Virus genome (UHGV): UHGV-2113352
Origin: a virus
Length of the DNA stretch: 15,144 nucleotides
Reading direction: 5' to 3' (one strand)
This document shows, piece by piece, positions 1 to 7,736 of this stretch (its first letter is position 1; the number at the start of each line of letters is the position of its first letter). Below the pieces are notes generated by a model that saw only the letters and a list, made by a program, of their open reading frames with translations, was not told the DNA's origin and ran no database searches. Position numbers and translations under genes: made by a program.

Positions 1-202
1 GCTTACCGCTCATGGGCACCTCTCTTTAAGTCATCTTAAATGACTCTGAGGTGTCTGTTAAACCTGTGGCGATTCATCCCAGATGAACGCTACCAACTTC
101 GACAAGAAAAAACATTGCCTATCTTAGCAAAGTTCAAAGCTTGGCTCGATTCTGTATTCCAACTTATTGATTACAACTAAAAACTGAATGACAATCTGAA
201 AA

Positions 203-694
203 TTAAAGAAAAATATTCATAGCCAAGAATCCGACACCTCCAGCCAACACCAAGATACCTAAAACAACTATGGTTCGTAGCCCGCTTATCGATCTTTGCT
301 GAGACTCCGCCGCCGCCTCTAACTTGCTTTTCAATTCCGCTAATTGTTTAGCAATGCGGCTATCACTTGCTGTGCAGCCTTGTTCAAACTGCTCAGGTGT
401 TACAAACTTCAAGGCTGCAACCTCACGCCTTAGTTTCAACTGTTCATCTTTGATCTGGCCTAGAAGATCATTTAGTGACATAAGGCGACCGTCAAACTCT
501 TCAAATTTATTCGAGTTCTTCGTAAACAATTCAGCGTGTTCATAAGCTAGATTTACGAGCGTTGATTTCGCAGCCTCTATCTCAGTTCTTGCATCGCTGA
601 CGGCGCTCAACAGGCCATTAAACTGTGCCACTTGCGTCGATTGCTCTTCGAGTGAATCGATTACCCGGTGTAGTTTCTGTATGTCATTCACCAA
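203..694 (-). CDS. Small coiled-coil protein with C-terminal transmembrane anchor; third gene of the candidate defence operon
   Basis: 163-aa ORF. Charged, Leu-rich, heptad-like central region followed by a hydrophobic C-terminal segment (TIVVLGILVLAGGVGFLAMNIFL). Its start (TTG 692-694 or GTG 689-691) overlaps the stop of the upstream giant gene (TGA 688-690). A Shine-Dalgarno-like AAGGGG lies on the minus strand at about 700-705. No family recognised. Confidence 0.6.
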   Translation of the reverse strand: MVNDIQKLHRVIDSLEEQSTQVAQFNGLLSAVSDARTEIEAAKSTLVNLAYEHAELFTKNSNKFEEFDGRLMSLNDLLGQIKDEQLKLRREVAALKFVTPEQFEQGCTASDSRIAKQLAELKSKLEAAAESQQRSISGLRTIVVLGILVLAGGVGFLAMNIFL

Positions 695-3600
695 TTAATC
701 CCCTTGTATAGGCTGGTAAGTTTTTCAAGTCTAATTGCCAGTGGAGCTAACAAAGTGTGATAGGAGAACGGATCTCCTAGCTCTTCATTTACTTCCCCAA
801 GAAAATCCAAATCTTCAAATTTCTCATGGACCAAACGAGCAAAGCGACTTCGCGCATTTTCAGAAAATATTGGTTTTAACTGCATAGTTTTTCGGACCAG
901 CTCTAGTGCTTCATCCCTATTATCACTGATCAACCGATCAAATGACGATGCCATTCTTCGCTCTCCATCTGCATCATCAAACTCATCGGAAGCTAGTCGC
1001 AGCACACCACTCAAGTAGTTCAAGAATGCATTATCTTTGTATGACTCTAGGAATCGAGAAATCTGACCTCGTAGGATCGTCATCTTCTCGCTGCTTACTA
1101 AATGTTCCGAGCCCTCTTCTTCATCAGTTTCAAAAAAAACTGATGGCCATAACCTCACCGACACAGAATTCTCAGCCATATTGAGCAAAAGTTGGCTCGA
1201 CTTGTCGTGTCTGAAATAACCCTCTAACTTCTCCTTAAATTCTTTACCATCCATCCTGCCTTCAGCAAATAAACTACAGTGTTCATAAACATTCTTCTGT
1301 GACTGGCGGCGGTTGTAGACAAAATGGTCATAGGACCAAAGTAAAAGAACAAGAAAGATAAATTGCGATTTATCGATAGACCCTTTTCTCAGCTTGTCGC
1401 AGAGAATTTTGTAGTACTGGTTATCACTACTGAACACATCAGCGAGCTTAAACTCAGGATCATACTTTCTGACGGTATGCTCAATTTTCTTTTCCAGGCC
1501 TTCTTCCGATAGGCACTGGAACTCGACAGAGAGCGTTCCATTAAAAAAGTCTTCGATTACCCAGTCAGAGACAATACCTAATTGAGAAAGGCGGTAGATA
1601 GCCTTTTCCAATTTAAACTTTTCCGTACCAAACTGCCTGGCAGTAATGGTCACCGTGTTGTGTTCCTGATTGTACTTAAAAAATTCGTATACATTTGCCA
1701 TCAACTTGAACTCATCATTGATTGTGTCCAAGCCGTTTGTCATCAGGAATAGATTTGTGTTCAGGTCGCTATCGCGACTCAATGACTTCACGTACTCCTT
1801 CAGATCTTTGACGTTCGTGCTAGCGTCCCAAATCTTGTCGAGAATAGCTGAATTGGGCTCTTTTGTGAGAAGCACATAGCAATCTGCGGGTACTTCCTTG
1901 AATAGTTTTTTATCTCGCCCTGCCCTGCCAGCTTCCTGATACAAGGCCTCCATCGACCCAGGTATTCCGAAGTGAACCGTATAGGCAATATTTCCCTTAT
2001 TCACGCCCATTCCGAATGCCTTAGTGGCAGTAAGTAGGCGGTATTTATTTTCTTTAAAATCGTCTTGAACTTGGCGCTTATATCTATCGAAAGCCTCTCC
2101 CTGCAATCCACCCATTTTCGGAGCCGACCCCGAAAAATATCTAACATCCATCTTCAAGAGTGTTGATATTCGGCCCGCTAAGCTATAACACCCCTTAGCT
2201 CCGTTGACGGTAGAAGTGAATATGATCCCCGCCTTATTGCCGTCTTCCCCATCTGAATTCCATTTACCCTCCATTTCAGAAACAAGCTCGACGACTGCAT
2301 CACCTTTACGGCCTTTATCGTCAATGACGTGGAATGATAGTTCCTCGCGAGTGAAGTCCATGGGGGTACGGACAAAATCATCTGGGATATCAAACTCTGT
2401 TTGAATATCCTTTAGGACGTTAACTGATGCTGTTGCCGTTAGACCTATATAACTCGCACTGGGAGCAAACCGTTCGATTGTATTTGCCAGGTTCAGATAA
2501 GAAGTCCTGAAATCATGTCCCCACTCAGACAAACAGTGAGCTTCATCGATCACCGCGTAGGCAAATGAGAGATCTAGTCCGATAGCCAACATCTCTTTTC
2601 TAAACGCATGGGTTTGGAATCGCTCAGGCGATATAAAAACGAAGAAGTACTTACCACGTCCGAAATCTCTCTGAACTTTGGCCTTCTCTCCTGCCTTCAA
2701 ATCACTTGTAATAAAATTGCTTCGAGTGAAGCCGATGCTATCCAAATCTGCTTTCTGGTCATACATCAAACTTTTTATCGGGCACACGACAAAGCTAACG
2801 GCTGGTTGCAGGACCGCAGACAGCTGGTAACAAATCGACTTACCCGAACCTGTAGGCAGCAATCCTATTGTGCCGTTTTTCGAAAGTGCAGATCCTATGA
2901 TACCAACCTGCCCTTCCCTGAAATCTACATCCTCTAGGTATGGTAGAAACAGGTTGCTGAGGAAGTATCTCAGCGACTCTCTCTGCTCGCTGCCTGGGCT
3001 AAGATCTAGCTTGTAGGTAATGGGGTTACTACATGAAAGCTCGAAAAAGTCATAGTCAATCAATTGACTGGTTTCTATTGAAACAGCATCAGAATCTTCG
3101 AAGTTTCGATAGAAATCGAAGTAATCCGTACGTGAATATATGACGTCTTGGTTAACTTGAAAGGAATCGTCATAACGCTCCAGTAAGCTGAAGTCGATGA
3201 ATATATTTTCACCAGACCGTTCGCTCGGAAGCTCATCTGATTCGATCAGCGCAACCTCAATTCGCTTTTCTTCAATGCCGATGAGACGAAAGATATTCGA
3301 TAACAAATCGTTCAGGTCGTCCAGTGCCGCTTCAGCAAAATCAGTTCCATCACGATTGACTATGAATAGTTTTTTCAACTCCCCTAGTCTGATCTGACCG
3401 CGTTCAAGAAGCTCTAATAACAGTATCTGGAAACGCAACGCCGAGGTCAGCCTCAATCGCGAGTCAGTAACATCGACTCCATTTTCATAAGCCTCTTGGT
3501 AATTCAATAAAGAAATACCATTAGGAGGCGTTAGGACACCATTTCGCTCTAGACTATCAACGAGCTGAATTTGAGAAATAATCGAATTTATCTTACTGAT

Positions 3601-5364
3601 AAATGACTGATTCTCAGATGCCACTTCTCGAACAGTGAAACGAACTGTCTTCAGTCCCAAGGTTTCAGTAAACGCATCCCTCATCTCATCTAAATGCTGA
3701 GAATTTTGGTGCTGTTGACCATCTATCTCAATAATTAAACCAACTTGAGGAATGTAAAAATCTACCTGTCGGTTCTGGAATTGTTCAACGTAGACCTGAG
3801 TCATATCGTAAATCTGAACTTCAGGGAGCATTAGTTGTTTTACAAAAATGTACTCACCGAAATACTTTGGAATCAGCTCATCAAAAAACCTTTTCGCTGG
3901 GTAGTACCCAGAATGCTTGTTGCCTCGAATCAATCTATTCCAAAAAACTGGCTTATCTGACACAAGAGCCTGAGCTGATGTATTAAGACCGCTCTTCTCC
4001 AGTTCAATGCCAAATGCCTTCCTCAGTTTCCGCGAGGCTATTGTTGGCTTCCCTCTCTGAAGCATATTCTTAAGAACTTGAATTGCTGCAAATAGCTGTC
4101 CAGACGCCGCTTCAGACGAGATAGAATACTGGAGAAGATTGTGGAAAATGAAGTTATGGTTGGTTCTCGCGTAGTTAGCAGAAAACTTCTTGCTTACAAG
4201 CCTGCTACTAGACTTCGACCTGACATGTCTAGATAGTTCACTTTCGTCCGCCAGCGAGTCGATGATTGGGTTGTACAAATCTGAAAACAGTTGGTTATTG
4301 TGTTGTTGTTCTTGGCTGTCAGTGCCTAGCTCCAATCTATAGAGAGTTTTAACCAACGTAAAAATGTAAATACTTGAATTCGGAAAAGCTTGAGATAGAC
4401 AGCGTGTTATCTCATCAGTTGTAGCCCCCGAAGTTAATACGTCGTCAATGATCAGAAATGTCGGATTTGAATTAGCTTCTATTGAATCAAAATCGGCTTT
4501 ATAGGCACCTCTGACCTGGTGGAGTCTTTGTGCTGCAGTGCAATTAGTCGATTTATCTAATACGTGATCTTTCTCTAATATCTTAGGTTGGTAAGAAGCC
4601 CCTAAAGCAACAGCCAGCGATTTGCCCAAGGTATCTAATGCTTTATCGTCATCTTCAGCCCTAAGCTCAGCGTGACCTAACGCTCGAACAACTATATCTA
4701 TGGCTGGGAATGAAGGAGCTAGCTCAACAGTCTTGTTAACCCAGCGGCGAACAGAAGTATTCTTGTTATCCTTGAAAGACCAAACTTCCTGTTTGATACC
4801 ATCTAAATAGAATCCCAGATGAAGTTTATTCCCAGATTGTATTAACTCAGAACGTCCAGTTCTTGCGGAGCTCCGCGTCGAGTTTTTTCCAATAAGCTCG
4901 GAGAGACTGCTTATTCCCTTATGTGACGAATCGATCTCCGAGGCAGAACCCCAATCTACTGAGAAAAACTCAACTCCTGCATTGGAAGCAGCGTCTCGAT
5001 CTAGGTTACTATCTCCTAAATAAATTGACTCGTCGGCGCTAACACCGAAGTACTCGAGAATACGAGTAACGCCCTCAGGGCTCGGCTTATGCTGCGTTAC
5101 ATCATGGTAGGCTACTACATAATCAACAGTGATACTGAAGTGTTTGAGTAGCCCCTGAACGTAGTTCGAAGGCGCATTCGAGAAGATAGCAACCTTGATT
5201 CCAACCGACCGAGCCGTTGTAACAAGGCCGACAACGTCCTGATTGATGACACAACCATTAAAGTACCTGGGTATGTCTCTCCATCGGCCAGCTGACCGAA
5301 GTGGTTCGAGGCTTGATGTATCAATAAGCGTGTCATCAAGATCGAGGACGATGACCTTTATCAC
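688..5364 (-). CDS. Giant multidomain protein: N-terminal HAD-type phosphatase, phosphoribosyltransferase (PRTase), DUF559 (Vsr-like) endonuclease-like domain, RecQ-like SF2 helicase, and an unassigned ~400-aa C-terminal region
   Basis: 1558-aa uninterrupted ORF. HAD motif I LDLDDTL (aa 7-13) and motif IV GDSNLD (aa 117-122), nt about 4945-5364. PRTase PRPP-binding motif FLIIDDVLTSGATT (aa 303-316, nt 4417-4458). DUF559-type motif VDFYIPQVGLIIEIDGQQH followed by ..RD..L..G..RF (aa 534-577, nt about 3565-3957). RecQ-type helicase motifs: Walker A LPTGSGKS (aa 836-843, nt 2836-2859, checked against DNA), VIDEAHCLSEWGHDFR (aa 938-953, checked), LTATA (aa 975-979), YQEAGRAGRD (aa 1142-1151). GTG start at 5362-5364 overlaps the TGA stop of the upstream DprA-like gene (GTGA); SD-like AAGGTGG sits 6 nt upstream. 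Confidence 0.85.
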   Translation of the reverse strand: MIKVIVLDLDDTLIDTSSLEPLRSAGRWRDIPRYFNGCVINQDVVGLVTTARSVGIKVAIFSNAPSNYVQGLLKHFSITVDYVVAYHDVTQHKPSPEGVTRILEYFGVSADESIYLGDSNLDRDAASNAGVEFFSVDWGSASEIDSSHKGISSLSELIGKNSTRSSARTGRSELIQSGNKLHLGFYLDGIKQEVWSFKDNKNTSVRRWVNKTVELAPSFPAIDIVVRALGHAELRAEDDDKALDTLGKSLAVALGASYQPKILEKDHVLDKSTNCTAAQRLHQVRGAYKADFDSIEANSNPTFLIIDDVLTSGATTDEITRCLSQAFPNSSIYIFTLVKTLYRLELGTDSQEQQHNNQLFSDLYNPIIDSLADESELSRHVRSKSSSRLVSKKFSANYARTNHNFIFHNLLQYSISSEAASGQLFAAIQVLKNMLQRGKPTIASRKLRKAFGIELEKSGLNTSAQALVSDKPVFWNRLIRGNKHSGYYPAKRFFDELIPKYFGEYIFVKQLMLPEVQIYDMTQVYVEQFQNRQVDFYIPQVGLIIEIDGQQHQNSQHLDEMRDAFTETLGLKTVRFTVREVASENQSFISKINSIISQIQLVDSLERNGVLTPPNGISLLNYQEAYENGVDVTDSRLRLTSALRFQILLLELLERGQIRLGELKKLFIVNRDGTDFAEAALDDLNDLLSNIFRLIGIEEKRIEVALIESDELPSERSGENIFIDFSLLERYDDSFQVNQDVIYSRTDYFDFYRNFEDSDAVSIETSQLIDYDFFELSCSNPITYKLDLSPGSEQRESLRYFLSNLFLPYLEDVDFREGQVGIIGSALSKNGTIGLLPTGSGKSICYQLSAVLQPAVSFVVCPIKSLMYDQKADLDSIGFTRSNFITSDLKAGEKAKVQRDFGRGKYFFVFISPERFQTHAFRKEMLAIGLDLSFAYAVIDEAHCLSEWGHDFRTSYLNLANTIERFAPSASYIGLTATASVNVLKDIQTEFDIPDDFVRTPMDFTREELSFHVIDDKGRKGDAVVELVSEMEGKWNSDGEDGNKAGIIFTSTVNGAKGCYSLAGRISTLLKMDVRYFSGSAPKMGGLQGEAFDRYKRQVQDDFKENKYRLLTATKAFGMGVNKGNIAYTVHFGIPGSMEALYQEAGRAGRDKKLFKEVPADCYVLLTKEPNSAILDKIWDASTNVKDLKEYVKSLSRDSDLNTNLFLMTNGLDTINDEFKLMANVYEFFKYNQEHNTVTITARQFGTEKFKLEKAIYRLSQLGIVSDWVIEDFFNGTLSVEFQCLSEEGLEKKIEHTVRKYDPEFKLADVFSSDNQYYKILCDKLRKGSIDKSQFIFLVLLLWSYDHFVYNRRQSQKNVYEHCSLFAEGRMDGKEFKEKLEGYFRHDKSSQLLLNMAENSVSVRLWPSVFFETDEEEGSEHLVSSEKMTILRGQISRFLESYKDNAFLNYLSGVLRLASDEFDDADGERRMASSFDRLISDNRDEALELVRKTMQLKPIFSENARSRFARLVHEKFEDLDFLGEVNEELGDPFSYHTLLAPLAIRLEKLTSLYKGINW

Positions 5365-6347
5365 AGCAGGCCACCTTTTGCTTTCAATGACCCAAATGAA
5401 CTCGCGATATCTTCTAATTGAAGACGAATATCTTCATAAGATTCGCTCGTGTATGGTATCGCCCTCCCTTCGTTAACTAGCTGTTGAGTTCCTGAAATTG
5501 CCTTGATAGTAAGATCTGGATACTTAGCTTTATGTACGTCAGGAACGAAGACAGGACGCATCATAGAGATAGCAGATTTGACTGCGTGCATCGTCCCACC
5601 ATCTATCGAAGTTTCAATAGCAAAGACGGCAGTAGATAAACCTGCTTGTATCCTGTCTCGCTTAGCAAAGAACGCAGGTATTGCTTTGGTTCCTGGTGCA
5701 TTCTCTGCAACTAGAAGTCCGCCCTCGTCCAATATTTCCTTAGCGAGTTCCCGATTACTTGCGGGAGAAATAGACTCCACATCGACAAGAACAGAAATCG
5801 TTGGTGTTTTGGCATCTAATGCCGCGCGATGAGCAATTGTATCGATACCCAGTGCAAGTCCACTGACTATCGTGAAGCCATAAGTCGCAAACTTTTGAAT
5901 AGTTTTAATCGTTAGGGTTTCACCCTTGGGGGTATTTTCACGAGTTCCTACAACAGCTAATGAAAGCCTATTCTCTAAGAGATTTAGATTGCCTTTACAG
6001 TAAAGAAAGGGTGGAGGTTTTGGGAGATCATATAACGAAATTGGATAGTTTTTCGAACCGAAGATAACAATCTCAACTCCTTTATTTTTGAACGAATCAA
6101 TCTCTGTTTTTACTTCGTCCCTGAGAGCCTGGAAGTTCGCAGCGTCGAAGAAACTTTCGAGAGTTGCTCGAGATTTACCATTTGAGATTTTCAGATTGGA
6201 GGAGTTACGTACCAGTTCTTCGAGTGTTGACACTCCGCTGTACGCTGAAAACTTTAAGATTGACAGAACAGTTTCATCACCAACGCTCATTAACTTCTTG
6301 AGAACAAGAGCATCTACAATGTTCACTTCTCCCCCAAAGAACGACAA
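5361..6347 (-). CDS. DprA/Smf-like (SLOG superfamily) Rossmann-fold protein; first gene of the candidate defence operon
   Basis: 328-aa ORF. The central region (LAVVGTRENTPKGE..IVSGLALGIDTIAHRAAL..TISVLV..GGLLVAENAPGT..FFAKRDRIQAGLS..VFAIETSIDGGTMHAV) follows the conserved pattern of the DprA Rossmann domain (GxR.., SGLAxGID..AH..AL, FxxRNRiIaGLS, ..SG). The first start on the track is TTG at 6345-6347; the true start may be the downstream GTG (codon 8) or ATG (codon 20). Confidence 0.75.
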   Translation of the reverse strand: MSFFGGEVNIVDALVLKKLMSVGDETVLSILKFSAYSGVSTLEELVRNSSNLKISNGKSRATLESFFDAANFQALRDEVKTEIDSFKNKGVEIVIFGSKNYPISLYDLPKPPPFLYCKGNLNLLENRLSLAVVGTRENTPKGETLTIKTIQKFATYGFTIVSGLALGIDTIAHRAALDAKTPTISVLVDVESISPASNRELAKEILDEGGLLVAENAPGTKAIPAFFAKRDRIQAGLSTAVFAIETSIDGGTMHAVKSAISMMRPVFVPDVHKAKYPDLTIKAISGTQQLVNEGRAIPYTSESYEDIRLQLEDIASSFGSLKAKGGLL

Positions 6348-6460
6348 TTTTTAGTCCATTTACCATGCAGATTAATTGTATTCGACCAAGAACACAACAC
6401 AAACAAATATAGAATCGCCACGGATAATTTAGACACTTCCGAGCCGTTGATAATACTGGT

Positions 6461-7672
6461 TCAAACTAATGCAGCTATGCCTTTTACCTTGCTTAAAAGT
6501 TCAAGCTGTCGTGAATAAGGTTTTGCGCAATAGTAGGCTTTGATAATCTGCCCCGGTGTCGCATCGCCGGGGTCGAGTCCTTCCTCGCCCAAACACGCTA
6601 CTTTGACATTAAGACCGATACTGGTCAGTCGCCTGGCTGCGGCCATCGTGTTGCGTATAGCTTGCTTTTCACTATCCCACATCATAATCACATTACGTAA
6701 TCCACGCGCCTTGAGCGTCAGGAACGCGCCCAACTGATCTTCTGCATCCTGAGTGGTGTTACCAGATAGATGCATCCCGAACGTTCCTATCGGTTCCACG
6801 TAATCGCGTAATGTTTCTTCATCAAAAATAGCTCGTTTAACCCCCATAACATCGAACGCCCCCTCACAGACAACTACAGTCTGTTTGCCGACTGCATTGT
6901 GGCCGTTGTAGAGAAATTTACCCGATGCTGGCAGCTGCATGGGGAACAGATACCGGCGTTCTGCTGCACCGGTAATGTCACGACCCTGGAAGGTCTTCAT
7001 CACGCCATCCAGATCGTAAACCGGTATCAGTATTCGCATATCGAATACCTGTCCTTTGACCTGGTCTGTGTACGGATCGACGTATGCGTGCTTGCCTTCG
7101 ACGCAGTAACGCAGATCAAAGTATTTGGCCAGCTCCGGGGAAATCTGGCGCTCCACCAGATAATCAGGAAGACGACCGTCAATGGGGAGTTCGTAATGGC
7201 GCGGGAGAGCTACCGGTCCTTCCAGTTCAACCTTGCTGGCCAGTACGATCTCTTCCTTCTTCGGTGCCCATCCTTGTGAGATCAGCGCGTTCTGGACGTA
7301 CTCTTCAAAATCGCGACGAGATTTGCCGCTGTAATGCTTTAGGAAGACCAGCTTGTTGAACTGAATCTTTTCGGGATGATCACCTGCAAAGCATTTGCCG
7401 ACACCACTGGTCAGGTTGAAATAAACCTTCCAGTTTGAGCTGCCGCATACCGGACACTCTTTAATGTTGACCTCTCGTCCGCGAGTACTGACTCCACCAC
7501 GACGGTAGATGATCCCTTCCATATCGAGCCATTGCTCAAAATCCAGCTCGGTCAGTAATTCTTTCAAGTCGCTCACGTTCTTACCCCTATTTTTTGCAGG
7601 TAATATCTTGATAAGCCTCGGTATTTGAATATCATAAAGGCTCATGTGTTTTTTCTTTTGTGGTTTTGGCAA
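6461..7672 (-). CDS. DNA primase, phage T4 gp61-like (zinc ribbon plus TOPRIM)
   Basis: 403-aa ORF. Zinc-ribbon motif CPVCGSSNWKV..C..DH; the stretch ILIPVYDLDGVMKTFQGRDI..VVVCEGAFDVMGV resembles the T4 gp61 primase core (..IPIYN..G....FQGRAL..VYVLEGPIDSLF) as I remember it. Lies directly downstream of the helicase gene, as gene 61 follows gene 41 in T4. The track start is TTG 7670-7672; an in-frame ATG at 7643-7645 (MSLYDIQ..) is a plausible alternative start. Confidence 0.7.
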   Translation of the reverse strand: MPKPQKKKHMSLYDIQIPRLIKILPAKNRGKNVSDLKELLTELDFEQWLDMEGIIYRRGGVSTRGREVNIKECPVCGSSNWKVYFNLTSGVGKCFAGDHPEKIQFNKLVFLKHYSGKSRRDFEEYVQNALISQGWAPKKEEIVLASKVELEGPVALPRHYELPIDGRLPDYLVERQISPELAKYFDLRYCVEGKHAYVDPYTDQVKGQVFDMRILIPVYDLDGVMKTFQGRDITGAAERRYLFPMQLPASGKFLYNGHNAVGKQTVVVCEGAFDVMGVKRAIFDEETLRDYVEPIGTFGMHLSGNTTQDAEDQLGAFLTLKARGLRNVIMMWDSEKQAIRNTMAAARRLTSIGLNVKVACLGEEGLDPGDATPGQIIKAYYCAKPYSRQLELLSKVKGIAALV

Positions 7673-7700
7673 AAGAGAAATTTGTTCTCTTCTGGAGACA

Positions 7701-7736
7701 GGCGTGGAGAGTGTTTCCCCACGCCTTCTTTTTTAG
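7701..7736 (+). terminator. Hairpin plus T-run between helicase and primase genes, oriented as a plus-strand intrinsic terminator
   Basis: GGCGTGG (7701-7707), 11-nt loop, CCACGCC (7719-7725), then TTCTTTTTT. The T-run follows the stem only on the plus strand; on the minus (coding) strand it is an A-run preceding the stem. The T-run overlaps the helicase stop codon (7733-7735). Confidence 0.3.

Noticed and set aside
1-202. Possible tRNA or small RNA in the leftmost 200 bp (a GGCTCGATTC segment vaguely resembles a T-loop)
   Set aside because: No cloverleaf could be assembled by eye: no acceptor-stem complement and no proper GTTCGAATC T-loop; treated as 3' untranslated region of the operon.
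324-5476. Short plus-strand ORFs inside or across the candidate defence operon (324-545, 942-1184, 1670-1879, 2204-2404, 2608-2937, 3197-3397, 5243-5476) and short minus-strand ORFs in other frames (1800-1988, 2178-2393, 5115-5339)
   Set aside because: All are antisense to, or out of frame within, long well-supported coding regions, have low-complexity Ser/Leu/Arg-rich translations and no recognisable motifs; typical shadow ORFs.
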